Of a stretch of 64,000 bases of DNA, positions 20,889 to 30,164 are shown in pieces. Source of the stretch: Flavobacteriales bacterium (GTDB lineage: Bacteria > Bacteroidota > Bacteroidia > Flavobacteriales_D > CAJJDF01). The stretch covers positions 10,805-74,804 of the forward strand of contig JABAYJ010000006.1 in assembly GCA_018609055.1 (NCBI GenBank). The letters run 5' to 3'. The stretch's first letter is position 1. Every line of letters starts with the position of its first letter. Below the pieces are notes generated by a model. The model made no database searches, had not been told where the DNA came from, and was given only the letters and a program-made list of their open reading frames with translations. The translations under genes and the position numbers were made by a program.

Positions 20889-21653
20889 ATGAGTAAACCT
20901 TTAATCTTAGTAACCAATGATGATGGAATTACTGCTCCAGGACTAAAAGCCTTGGTTCAAGTAGCTTCCAAAATAGGGAAAGTAGTAGTAATTGCTCCCG
21001 ATAGTCCTCAATCGGGAATGGGACATGCCATTACAATTAACTCACCTATCCGAATAGAAAAAAGCGAAGTGTTTGATGATATTGAAGCTCACACATGCTC
21101 AGGAACTCCTGTTGATTGTGTTAAAGTTGGAATTTTTCATATCCTAAAAAGAAAACCAGATTTAATTATCTCTGGAATAAATCACGGATCCAATGCTGCT
21201 ACCAATGTAATTTACTCAGGAACAATGTCAGCTGCTGTTGAAGGTGCAATGGAAAACATTCCTTCGATAGGTTTTTCATTAGATGATTTTGCTCACGAAG
21301 CAGATTTCAAACCTACTCAACATTATGCTAAATTAATTATTGATAAAGCACTAAGTAATGAGTTCCCTACTAATGTTTGCTTAAATGTGAATGTTCCTAA
21401 ACTACCAATAAGTAAGCTGAAAGGAATGAGAGTTTGTAGACAAGCTAATGCTTTTTGGGAAGACAGATTTGATGAAAGGATTGACCCAATTGGTAAGAAA
21501 TACTATTGGCTTACTGGCGAATTTAAAGACCAAGAACAAGCTGAAGATACCGATATGGCTACTCTTAAAAATGGATATGTTTCTATAGTTCCAGTTCAGT
21601 TTGATATGACTGCTCATCACGCAATTAGCCAAATTAATAAGTGGAAATTGTAA
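20889..21653 (+). CDS. surE: 5'/3'-nucleotidase SurE
   Basis: ILVTNDDGI.APGL, SGINHGSN....IYSGTMSAA.EG. Confidence 0.9.
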   Translation: MSKPLILVTNDDGITAPGLKALVQVASKIGKVVVIAPDSPQSGMGHAITINSPIRIEKSEVFDDIEAHTCSGTPVDCVKVGIFHILKRKPDLIISGINHGSNAATNVIYSGTMSAAVEGAMENIPSIGFSLDDFAHEADFKPTQHYAKLIIDKALSNEFPTNVCLNVNVPKLPISKLKGMRVCRQANAFWEDRFDERIDPIGKKYYWLTGEFKDQEQAEDTDMATLKNGYVSIVPVQFDMTAHHAISQINKWKL

Positions 21654-21655
21654 AG

Positions 21656-22561
21656 TTATTGCTTTACAAATTGTTTAGTAACAATTCCTTTTTCAGTTAC
21701 AATTTTAAGAATGTAAACTCCAGAATCAAAAGACTTTAAATCAATATTTTGTTTGTTTTCGGAATCAGATAATTGATTTATAAATTTTCCATTTATATCA
21801 AATATTGAAACTGATATTATTTTAGAATCAACAGATTCAATTGTAATCTCATTAATTGCTGGATTTGGATATATTTCTATATCCTCAGTTCCTATCTCAT
21901 TTAAAGAGATAAAAGAGTTTTTTATTTGCCAATAACAAGCACTATAATCAGCTGGTATATTGTGAGATGAGTTATTCTTTTTTATTGAGCAGAGTTTTCT
22001 AGTTGGGTAATCTGTTTCAATTTCATTACTAGAATACTCAGTAACACCAAACCCCTGAATTACGTAATAATGGTTAAAGAATGAGGTTGAGTTATGACTG
22101 TGTTCGTATACTTTTCTTCCGTAAAACATATATTTCCAAGAAGTTGAATCAATATTATTAAGTGTTACCTGTACATTTCTATTTAAAAAATTACTGGTAT
22201 AGTAAATTGAGGTAGTATCGTTTATGTTTAAACTGAAATCATAAATTTTTCTTTCAAGTACACTATCACTTTTCAAGAAATAAACTTTTTTATTTACCTC
22301 TCTTATTGCTCCATAATAACTAGTATTAGCGTTTAAACTATAACTTGAATCTTCTAATGAAGAACAATAATAAACTTTAAAGTAAGTGGTTAAATTTATA
22401 ATTGTATCACCTAAGTATTTATATACTATGGGATGTGTTCCACTAAATCCATTTAATCCATTCACCACAATCATACTGTCTTCCACCATAGGAATATACG
22501 ATTGAGATTTTAAAGATTGACTTAAACTAAGTGCTGTGAATAAAACTAGTAACTTTTTCAT
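21656..22561 (-). CDS. T9SS type A sorting domain-containing protein
   Basis: Signal peptide MKKLLVLFTALSLSQSLKSQ. C-terminal IEIYPNPAINEITIES...IFDINGKFI...DLKSFDSGVYILKIVTEKGIVTKQFVKQ. ATG at 22561 is preferred over the TTG at 22567. Confidence 0.8.
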   Translation of the reverse strand: MKKLLVLFTALSLSQSLKSQSYIPMVEDSMIVVNGLNGFSGTHPIVYKYLGDTIINLTTYFKVYYCSSLEDSSYSLNANTSYYGAIREVNKKVYFLKSDSVLERKIYDFSLNINDTTSIYYTSNFLNRNVQVTLNNIDSTSWKYMFYGRKVYEHSHNSTSFFNHYYVIQGFGVTEYSSNEIETDYPTRKLCSIKKNNSSHNIPADYSACYWQIKNSFISLNEIGTEDIEIYPNPAINEITIESVDSKIISVSIFDINGKFINQLSDSENKQNIDLKSFDSGVYILKIVTEKGIVTKQFVKQ

Positions 22562-22602
22562 ATTCAATTTTATACAAAAAGTATGAAAAAAAATACTTCT
22601 AT

Positions 22603-22631
22603 CTCATGAATGCAGGCTTTTTTTTCATGAA
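22603..22631. promoter_or_regulatory. bipartite TTCATGAA element, copy C
   Basis: CTCATGAATGCAGGCTTTTTTTTCATGAA, 42 bp upstream of the ATG at 22561. Confidence 0.45.
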
Positions 22632-22636
22632 ACTTA

Positions 22637-22900
22637 TTATTTCGTGCTACAAGCAGAACAAACTAAACCAGTATTCCCTTTTTTTAGTTTAATTCCTTCA
22701 ATCTTATTTACCACCACATTTTGAATAAAATTATGATTGGCTTGTCCATTATTCAAATCAATCTGATGATCCTGATACAAATCTCTTATCACTTTATCGT
22801 ATTCTTGTTTCCCCCAACAGTTTGGGCAAATTCCTTCAGGAGTTTCGTTAGTTGTTTCTGAAAATGGTCTTTTAAAAAATGCTATTAATTTCTCAATCAT
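22637..22900 (-). CDS. small CxxC...CxxC zinc-ribbon-like protein, function unknown
   Basis: MIEKLIAFFKRPF...CPNCWGKQEYD...CSACSTK. The short start is chosen because the long ORF (to 23059) would run through the upstream terminator and into the aminotransferase gene. Confidence 0.5.
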   Translation of the reverse strand: MIEKLIAFFKRPFSETTNETPEGICPNCWGKQEYDKVIRDLYQDHQIDLNNGQANHNFIQNVVVNKIEGIKLKKGNTGLVCSACSTK

Positions 22901-22962
22901 AAGTTTAGGTTTTATTTTTAAACGCAGGTAATTTTCAATACTTACATTCCAGAAATTTGCAC

Positions 22963-22999
22963 CAAAAAAAACGCCAGTTTGAAAATTCAAACTGGCGTT
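22963..22999 (-). terminator. rho-independent terminator of the aminotransferase gene
   Basis: ACGCCAGTTTGAA / TTCAAACTGGCGT stem followed by T8 on the minus strand. Confidence 0.75.
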
Positions 23000-23022
23000 A
23001 ATACTGTTAATTAATTTAATTC

Positions 23023-24210
23023 TTAGCTGTTGTATTGTTTTAAAGCAACCTCCAAACAATCCATTGCCTTGTGTAAATCATTTTCATTCAACACATAAGC
23101 AATTCTAATTTCTTGTTCTCCCATTCCTTTGGTAGAATAAAAACCTGCTGCTGGAGCAAACATTACCGTGTTTCCTTCGTGAGAAAATTCCTCTAATAAC
23201 CATTGGCAAAACTTATCTGCATTATCAACTGGTAGCTGAGCTATTGCGTAAAAAGCTCCTTTTGGTTTTGGGCATATTACACCTTCAATGTTATTCAATC
23301 TTTCTACAACTATATCTCTTCTTTTTTGATACTCTTCTTGTACTTCATCAAAATAAGATTGTGGAGTATCTAAGGCAGCTTCTCCTGCTATTTGACCCAA
23401 TGTTGGAGGACTTAGTCTTGCCTGTCCAAATTTAAGCGCATTAGCCATCAATGACTTGTTCTTTGTTACAATTGCTCCAATTCTTGCACCACACATACTA
23501 TATCTCTTCGAAACCGAATCAATCATGATTACGTTTTCATCTATTCCTTCAAGGTTCAACACGGAGAAAGGAGTAGAACCGTAACAAAATTCACGGTAAA
23601 CTTCATCAGAAAATAAAAACAAATCGTGCTTTTTAACTAAATCTCTTAATACTTCAAGTTCTTCTCTTGAGTATACATATCCAGTTGGGTTTGCAGGATT
23701 ACAAATTACAATTGCCTTAGTTTTAGCAGTAATTAATTTTTCAAAATCTTTTGCTGGTGGCAAAGCAAATCCATCTTCTATCCTTGCAGTAATTGGTTTT
23801 ACATTTACTCCACTTGCGGCAGCAAAACCATTGTAGTTTGCATAAAAAGGCTCAGGGATAATTACTTCATCTCCTGGGTTAAGACATACTTGCATACCAA
23901 AAAGCAAAGCTTCTGATCCACCAGTGGTAATCATTATATGTTCAGGACTTACAGGAATATTATTATTCGTGTAATAAGCTGCCAGCTTTTCTCTATACGA
24001 TTCGTAACCTGCAGAATGACTGTACTCAATCACTTTTCTATCAATATTTTTGATAGCTTCCATTACTACTTCTGGAGTTTTAATATCGGGCTGACCGATA
24101 TTTAAATGAAATACATTTACTCCCCTGTCCTTTGCATCTTCAGCAAATGGAACTAATTTACGAATTGGTGATTCAGGCATCTGAATCGCTTTGTCAGAAA
24201 TTTGTGGCAT
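23023..24210 (-). CDS. pyridoxal phosphate-dependent aminotransferase (class I, aspartate aminotransferase-like)
   Basis: NIGQPD, NPANPTG, SVSKRYSMCGARIG (PLP lysine). 395 aa. Confidence 0.9.
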   Translation of the reverse strand: MPQISDKAIQMPESPIRKLVPFAEDAKDRGVNVFHLNIGQPDIKTPEVVMEAIKNIDRKVIEYSHSAGYESYREKLAAYYTNNNIPVSPEHIMITTGGSEALLFGMQVCLNPGDEVIIPEPFYANYNGFAAASGVNVKPITARIEDGFALPPAKDFEKLITAKTKAIVICNPANPTGYVYSREELEVLRDLVKKHDLFLFSDEVYREFCYGSTPFSVLNLEGIDENVIMIDSVSKRYSMCGARIGAIVTKNKSLMANALKFGQARLSPPTLGQIAGEAALDTPQSYFDEVQEEYQKRRDIVVERLNNIEGVICPKPKGAFYAIAQLPVDNADKFCQWLLEEFSHEGNTVMFAPAAGFYSTKGMGEQEIRIAYVLNENDLHKAMDCLEVALKQYNS

Positions 24211-24371
24211 AATTCAATTTATTAGGATGCAAACTTAATAAAATTGAAATTCAAAAAACGACTATATTATTTGAAAATTTAAAAAGAATTGAAATTAAAA
24301 TAATTAATTCTAAAAATAGTTTGGCACGGTTTTTGAAATTAGAGTAAAAATATTAACCTAAAATTAACAAA

Positions 24372-24860
24372 ATGAAAAACACTAACCCATTAAACATTAT
24401 TGGAGCAATTGCTATTTGCTTAGCACTATTTGCTTTCAACAAACCATCAACTGCTCCACAAGCTGCAGGAAGTTATGAATTCACTTCTTTTACTGTGGTA
24501 GAATCAATTATTCCTGGAGGATTAGGAAGATCAAGAATGATAAACTCATTGGAAACAAGGGATTATAAAGAATTAACTAATGTAAAAACATCAACAGATA
24601 AGTCAAGAAATAAATCTAAAAGAAGTGAAATTAGAGTATTTAATTACGAAGAAACTAAACTACTTAACTTTTATAACTTGGTAGGAATTAGATTTCAAAA
24701 TATTGCTGCGAATGATGCCATAATAAATGACAAGGTTACTACCATGTTGAATGAAGGATGGGAAATTGTAAACATTGTTGCTGGAATTGAGTCTGATGCA
24801 GGAAAGGATGACGGAAATGGGATTTATTTAACTCGTTTTTATTTTAAAAGATCAAATTAA
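24372..24860 (+). CDS. hypothetical membrane-anchored protein
   Basis: N-terminal hydrophobic segment. I recognise no family. It is flanked by its own terminator. Confidence 0.5.
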   Translation: MKNTNPLNIIGAIAICLALFAFNKPSTAPQAAGSYEFTSFTVVESIIPGGLGRSRMINSLETRDYKELTNVKTSTDKSRNKSKRSEIRVFNYEETKLLNFYNLVGIRFQNIAANDAIINDKVTTMLNEGWEIVNIVAGIESDAGKDDGNGIYLTRFYFKRSN

Positions 24861-24877
24861 AAAATAGTTTATTCTAT

Positions 24878-24914
24878 AAAAAAAGGGATTGAGTAAAAAC
24901 TCAATCCCTTTTTC
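24878..24914. terminator. bidirectional terminator between convergent genes
   Basis: A7-GGGATTGAG-TAAAAA-CTCAATCCC-T5. Confidence 0.75.
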
Positions 24915-24939
24915 TTTGCGTTCTATTTTCTAAAACTAT

Positions 24940-25713
24940 TTAATCAAATCGTAAATGACGAACAGAGTTCCCCTTGCTTTTTAACTCGATAAGCGTATCA
25001 ATTCCTATTTGCATATGTTTCTCTACAAAATTTACTGTTACTGCCGTATCACTTTTATCAGTCTTCACTCCATCTGGTGTCATTGGCTGATCCGATACTA
25101 ACAACAAAGCTCCACAGGGAATGTGATTGGCAAAACCTACACTAAATACCGTAGCAGTTTCCATGTCAATTGCCATGGCTCTAATCTCTCTTAGGTATTC
25201 CTTAAAGTCTTCATCATGTTCCCAAACTCTTCTGTTTGTGGTGTACACAGTTCCTGTCCAATAGTCCAATCCTGCTTCACGAGTTACGTGTGAAGCTGCT
25301 CTTTGTAAATTAAACGAAGGCAAAGCTGGTACTTCTGGCGGAAAATAATCGTCAGATGCTCCTTCTCCTCTAATTGCTGCAATTGGCAAAATTATATCAC
25401 CTAATTTGTTCTTCTTTTTAAGTCCACCACATTTACCAAGAAACAAAACTGCTTTAGGAGAAATTGCTCCTAGCAAATCCATAATAGTTGCTGCATTGGC
25501 ACTTCCCATCCCAAAATTGATAATGGTAATTCCGTTTGCAGTGGCATTTGGCATTGCATTGGTAGTTCCTTTTATTTCGGCTCCCGTCATTTCTGCAAAG
25601 AGCTTTACGTAGTTTTTAAAATTGGTTAATAATATATATTCCCCAAATTCTTCTAATTGGATTCCCGTGTATCTTGGTAACCAATTTTTTATTATTTCTT
25701 CTTTTGAATTCAT
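24940..25713 (-). CDS. AMP nucleosidase-like nucleoside phosphorylase (PNP_UDP_1 family)
   Basis: The 257-aa short form common in Bacteroidetes. FGMGSANAA, GKCGGL, AIDMETA. Confidence 0.65.
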   Translation of the reverse strand: MNSKEEIIKNWLPRYTGIQLEEFGEYILLTNFKNYVKLFAEMTGAEIKGTTNAMPNATANGITIINFGMGSANAATIMDLLGAISPKAVLFLGKCGGLKKKNKLGDIILPIAAIRGEGASDDYFPPEVPALPSFNLQRAASHVTREAGLDYWTGTVYTTNRRVWEHDEDFKEYLREIRAMAIDMETATVFSVGFANHIPCGALLLVSDQPMTPDGVKTDKSDTAVTVNFVEKHMQIGIDTLIELKSKGNSVRHLRFD

Positions 25714-25751
25714 TTTATTCTGTATTTAATTTTGAGTGATTGGAGGATTAT

Positions 25752-26336
25752 TTAATCCAAAACAACAATCACTTCATTTTTCCTTCCTATCATATCGAAA
25801 GGAGGATTGTAACCCATGAACATAAATTCATTGGTGAAGCTAATTCCTTCTTTATCAAGAAGTGATATTAACTCTTTTTTGTATTTCTCAATTTTCTCTG
25901 AGTCTGCCCAACCACCAAAAGTAATTGCAGCAACTCGTTTTGCTGGCTCGTCTTTAAACGAAATGTCACTTTGATTTGGTTTAGGCAAGTTATCCTTGTT
26001 GTAATCCTTTGGCACCAAAAACATTACTTCCATGGTATCGCCCAATGACATAGTAACTGGCGAAGTCATGGAGATTTTTTCGTTCGTTTCATTTGCACCA
26101 AAAATATAACCTCCAAGTGCCGAAAAACCTTTGCTTGAGGCTTCTTTATAATCTTTGGAATTAATCTTTACCGAAGTAAATAAACTCGCTTCGTAGTTTC
26201 TTATTTCAAAATTATCGAACTTTTTTTCTACTGTAAACGGGTAACTCTCAATTCCCGTTCTGGTGCTAACAGCCCATATTTGAACAATAATGAATAGCAA
26301 GGCTATCACGCCCAAAATAATGTATACGATTTTCAT
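25752..26336 (-). CDS. SOUL heme-binding family protein
   Basis: N-terminal anchor, ESYPFTVEKKFDNFEIRNYE, GGYIFGANE, FGGWA, YNPPF. Confidence 0.7.
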   Translation of the reverse strand: MKIVYIILGVIALLFIIVQIWAVSTRTGIESYPFTVEKKFDNFEIRNYEASLFTSVKINSKDYKEASSKGFSALGGYIFGANETNEKISMTSPVTMSLGDTMEVMFLVPKDYNKDNLPKPNQSDISFKDEPAKRVAAITFGGWADSEKIEKYKKELISLLDKEGISFTNEFMFMGYNPPFDMIGRKNEVIVVLD

Positions 26337-26391
26337 TTGATTTAGTTTTTTGGTTATAATATAAGATACTGAATTAATACCGAGAAATCAA

Positions 26392-26955
26392 CTAAAACCT
26401 CTTCAACTCTTCATTCAATCTATTAAGCGGTAATCCTACTACATTAAAGTAGTCCCCTTCTATTTTTGGGATTCCTACAAAACCAATCCATTCCTGAATT
26501 CCGTAAGATCCAGCTTTATCAAAGGGTTGGTAATTATCAATGTAATACTCAATTTCATCCAATGTTAATTCTTTAAAAAATACTTTGGTAATCTCATAAA
26601 AACTATGCGTTTTTATAGTTGTCATTAAAGTAACTGCCGTAATAACTTCATGTTGCTTTCCCGATAAACTCTGGAGCATTTCAATAGCTTCTGCCCTACT
26701 CTTTGGCTTACCCAATTGCTTGTTTTCGTTCCAAACAATCGTGTCAGATGTTATCACTAACTCGTCCTCCTTTATATAATCTTTAAAAGCTTTCGCTTTA
26801 AGATTAGATAAATAAACCGGAATTTCTTCTTTAAAAAGTGCTGGTGGAAATACCTCTTCTATCTCTTTGGTTTTGATTTCAAACTCAAACCCTAAGCCTT
26901 TCAATAGCTCTTGCCTTCTGGGTGATTTAGAAGCTAATATTAGTTGGTACTTCAT
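26392..26955 (-). CDS. maf: Maf family nucleotide pyrophosphatase
   Basis: LILASKSPRRQELL, DTIV, KAGSYGIQ. Confidence 0.85.
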   Translation of the reverse strand: MKYQLILASKSPRRQELLKGLGFEFEIKTKEIEEVFPPALFKEEIPVYLSNLKAKAFKDYIKEDELVITSDTIVWNENKQLGKPKSRAEAIEMLQSLSGKQHEVITAVTLMTTIKTHSFYEITKVFFKELTLDEIEYYIDNYQPFDKAGSYGIQEWIGFVGIPKIEGDYFNVVGLPLNRLNEELKRF

Positions 26956-27893
26956 TCTGCTTCTTCTTTTACTGGTCTACCAACTGCAACCATTTTTAGT
27001 TTCCAATAACTATTTGTAGCCACATTAGTAATCATTATTCCTCTGCTACTTGATGCATGAATCATTGTAAGCTCCTCACCTTCTTCTGATATTACAATTC
27101 CTACATGAGTAATGTTACTCTCTTTTTTATTACTCGAGAAAAATACTAAATCTCCTGTTTTAGCTTCAGAGATATTGACTTGCTCTATTGCTGTTTTTTG
27201 ATACCTTGCACTTCTTGGCAACTCATATCCATATCGGCTGTAAATGTATTGCGTGTATCCCGAACAATCGAAACCACCATCTCCTGTTGCTCCATATATG
27301 TAAGGAACTCCAATAAACTTTTTGGCGTAATTAATCATTTTATCTTCTTCGGATAAATAGTTAACTGTACAAACTGTATCTACTGTTTCTGCTTTAAAAT
27401 CCTCCCCATATTTAACTGGTTCGCTCGTTTCATTTTTTACGATTACCACTCTTTCTTTAATAACTACTGGTGGTTTGGATGGTGTTCCCATTAAGTACTC
27501 GTAGGCTTCTGTTTTCATTTTTACAGAAGAAGAGGTTTTATAAACCGATCTTAAATCATCTAGCAATACCGATTCCTTTTGAACAAAACCAAGGGCTTTA
27601 TCCAACTCATAATAATTTACAAAAGCCTCTGTAGATTTTGAAATCGCATCAGGATTGGCTCTAAGGTATTTTTTATCCTTAGATAATTGGGCGTAAGCAA
27701 CAGCTTTAAACAAATGAACCAACTCGTTATTTGCATACCCGTTTTTATCAATTAGCTTATCCGTTTTTCGTACAATAGATCGGTAATTGTGCTGATTATA
27801 AAGCACTTCAAGCACTTCTACTTTTCTATCTCCAGAAAAAGATTGGAGAACAAAAGTGAACATCAACAACAAAACTATACCTGCTTTTTTCAT
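26952..27893 (-). CDS. C40 family (NlpC/P60) peptidase
   Basis: Signal peptide. GGFDCSGYTQYIY, GDLVFF, ITHVGIV. Confidence 0.8.
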   Translation of the reverse strand: MKKAGIVLLLMFTFVLQSFSGDRKVEVLEVLYNQHNYRSIVRKTDKLIDKNGYANNELVHLFKAVAYAQLSKDKKYLRANPDAISKSTEAFVNYYELDKALGFVQKESVLLDDLRSVYKTSSSVKMKTEAYEYLMGTPSKPPVVIKERVVIVKNETSEPVKYGEDFKAETVDTVCTVNYLSEEDKMINYAKKFIGVPYIYGATGDGGFDCSGYTQYIYSRYGYELPRSARYQKTAIEQVNISEAKTGDLVFFSSNKKESNITHVGIVISEEGEELTMIHASSSRGIMITNVATNSYWKLKMVAVGRPVKEEAE

Positions 27894-28091
27894 GGAGTTA
27901 TTTCTTTATACTTAAAAGTAGTTCACTTTTAGTAATCAAAAGTCAAACCAAATGTAGAGTAATTAATAGGTTAGTATTGAAAACTTAACTAAATCTTAAA
28001 ATTTAGGCCTAAAATTAATTGGTTAACAAATTGATAACCATTATTTAGTGAGAATAAGAAAGAGATTATAGCTTTTTGAAAAAAGAATTCT

Positions 28092-28099
28092 TAATTTTG
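28092..28099 (+). promoter_or_regulatory. candidate -7 box (TAATTTTG) for ndk
   Basis: Exact TAnnTTTG, 19 nt upstream of the ATG. Confidence 0.4.
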
Positions 28100-28117
28100 C
28101 CCAAAATTTAATAGAAA

Positions 28118-28537
28118 ATGGCAAATAACATCACATTTACAATGATTAAGCCAGAGGCTGTAGCAAACGGTTCTACTGGAAAGATTATCGATATGATTAT
28201 CGAAAACGGATTTAAAATTAAAGCAATGAAATTGAAGCAACTTTCAAAAGAAGAAGCTGGAGAATTTTATGCAGTACACTCAGAAAGACCTTTCTACGGA
28301 GAATTGGTTGATTACATGAGCGAAGGACCAATAGTTGCAGCTATCTTGGAGAAAGATAACGCAGTTGAGGCTTTCAGAACATTAATTGGAGCTACTGATC
28401 CTGCTGAAGCAGCTGAAGGAACTATCAGAAAAGCATACGCAGAATCTAAAGCTAAGAATGCTGCTCACGGAAGTGACAGTGATGAAAATGCTCAAATCGA
28501 AGCAAATTTTCATTTCTCTGCTAGTGAAATGTTCTAA
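28118..28537 (+). CDS. ndk: nucleoside-diphosphate kinase
   Basis: [29 protein letters not shown]. Confidence 0.95.
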   Translation: MANNITFTMIKPEAVANGSTGKIIDMIIENGFKIKAMKLKQLSKEEAGEFYAVHSERPFYGELVDYMSEGPIVAAILEKDNAVEAFRTLIGATDPAEAAEGTIRKAYAESKAKNAAHGSDSDENAQIEANFHFSASEMF

Positions 28538-28563
28538 GTAATAACTTTACTTTTTATTAAAAA

Positions 28564-28596
28564 AGCCTTCTCATAAAAATGAGGAGGCTTTTTTTG
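28564..28596 (+). terminator. rho-independent terminator of ndk
   Basis: AGCCTTCTCAT-AAAA-ATGAGGAGGCT followed by T7. Confidence 0.75.
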
Positions 28597-28687
28597 TGAG
28601 ATAATTCTTATGAACTTTCTATATGACTGCTAATAAGTTAAGTGAATTATTTTGTAACTTGTGATTATAAACAAGTTGAATTTAAAC

Positions 28688-29665
28688 ATGAAACTAAAGT
28701 ATCAAATAATATTATTTACTGTCATAATTTTGGGATGTTCTTTTGGCATCTCCAATGAAGTAGTATACAAGGCTGAATCTAAATCAGATGTAACATTAAC
28801 TACTCAGTCAATTGTTCAAGACCATAAAAAATGCAAAATATACCAATACGAAGGTGTCGATAGTTTAAATAAAAAATTGGTTTCCGTAGAAGAATTTAAT
28901 GACAATGGTGATTTAGTTTTTTACTATTACAAAAACTACAGAGAGTCAGCTTCAACAGGATATTCCGACACTAAGCATTTTCTTTTTTGTTAAAAGTCTT
29001 ATTGGTATTATCTAAATCAATAGATAAAAACAAAGACAGTGCTAAAACAGTTTACTTCTATAATGATAAAAGATTAAAAATTAAGGAAGAATACTACACT
29101 TATAAAAAGCGCATGAAAAAAAATTCTGACAAAGGATTTGGAAGACCTGGTGGTTGAACTGTAACAGAAGAAGACTACGAAAAAAACAAAACTTGGAAAA
29201 AAATAAGTGACAAAGAATATAAATATGATTTGAAAGGAAACAAAATCCTTTCTGATGCCACTAAACTACATTTCAGTTCTCAAAATAAATATACTTAGAT
29301 TTACGATAATCAAAACCGAATAATTGAGTATAATTCGTTCAAAGGTTTAGAATTAATTTGGACTGAAACATACGAGTATTATAATAATGGCTACATAATG
29401 ATTAGGACTTGGTATGACTACGTGGGAAACCCAAAACATTTAAAAACAGAAGATTATGAATACTGGCCTCAATATCATTTTAGTTATAAAACCAATCAGA
29501 AAGGAAAGGTCATAGAAGAAATAGTTACTACCGAAAAAGGAGCGAGAACAGGCAGTAAGACCTACAAATACGATAGATAGTAAAGGAAATATAATCCGAT
29601 ATACTAACTTTGATAAGATGGGGAATCCAGAAATTACTCACAAATATATTTACAAACTAAAATGA
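28688..29665 (+). pseudogene. lipoprotein with Y.YD..GN-type repeats, multiply disrupted
   Basis: Lipobox IILGCSF. The reading frame can only be followed across a frameshift in 28975-28993, in-frame TGA (29155-29157) and TAG (29296-29298), and a +1 shift at ~29575-29579. The final TGA (29663-29665) overlaps the next ATG. Confidence 0.7.
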
Positions 29666-30063
29666 CAATTAAAAACCTACTTTTTTTTACTTCAATTATA
29701 GTAACAACACTAATATCCTCCTGTAAAGGCGAGGAAAAAATAGATAATTGTATTTCAAACGAATTAGGATAAATATACATAGTAGACTAACCTTCAACAG
29801 GTATAGTTAATGAAACAATTACTATGAAAGTATTCTTCTCGGTAAATAATGGTTGTGGTGGATTTAAAAAATTTATTACATGTGAAAACGGAAATACTAG
29901 AACAATAGAAGTCGAAGCGATATATGAAGGATGTATTTGTACTGATAATGTACCAACTATTGAAGTTGAATATAGATTCATTGGAAGAAAACCAGGGGAT
30001 TATCTTTTTAAATTTAAGTCCTCTCCAACTGATTTTATAGCAGTCCCTTTGACAATTAATTAA
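29662..30063 (+). pseudogene. small lipoprotein with two in-frame TAA codons
   Basis: MTIKNLLFFTSIIVTTLISSCKG... is in frame with ORF 29824..30063 but interrupted by TAA at 29770-29772 and 29788-29790. The downstream 79-aa ORF alone lacks a signal peptide. Confidence 0.6.
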
Positions 30064-30164
30064 AAGTTAAAATAAAGAGACTTTTTTTTAAATTCTAGTG
30101 TGACTTCCCTTTCCAATTAATCTCAAATAATTGTATCTTGTCGACCTAATAAAAGAGGAAGATT

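Noticed and set aside
10386-22690. Tiny plus-strand ORFs starting at the ATG inside each TTCATGAA box (for example ATGAAATTATAA at 10387).
   Set aside because: The three have unrelated lengths and sequences (3, 6 and ~20 codons). The conservation lies in the DNA motif, not in any peptide.
22637-23059. The long 140-aa form of the small zinc-ribbon ORF.
   Set aside because: Its first 53 codons would span a strong terminator hairpin (22963-22999) and overlap the aminotransferase gene by 37 nt. The ATG at 22900 gives a compact protein.
24244-24339. Four TTGAAA(T/A) words in the divergent promoter region between the aminotransferase gene and 24372.
   Set aside because: Spacing is irregular (27, 18 and 44 bp) in an extremely AT-rich stretch, so chance recurrence is plausible. 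I found no matching copies elsewhere.
28002-28013. Perfect 12-bp palindrome TTTAGGCCTAAA upstream of ndk.
   Set aside because: It is a single short occurrence with no second copy or obvious relation to the promoter box. That is not enough to call a site.
28688-30063. Stop-codon reassignment or programmed readthrough as an explanation for the in-frame stops.
   Set aside because: All three stop codons (TAA, TGA, TAG) occur in frame within about 1.1 kb, together with frameshifts. The same codons terminate the ~60 intact genes at positions that give normal protein lengths. Decay is the simpler explanation.
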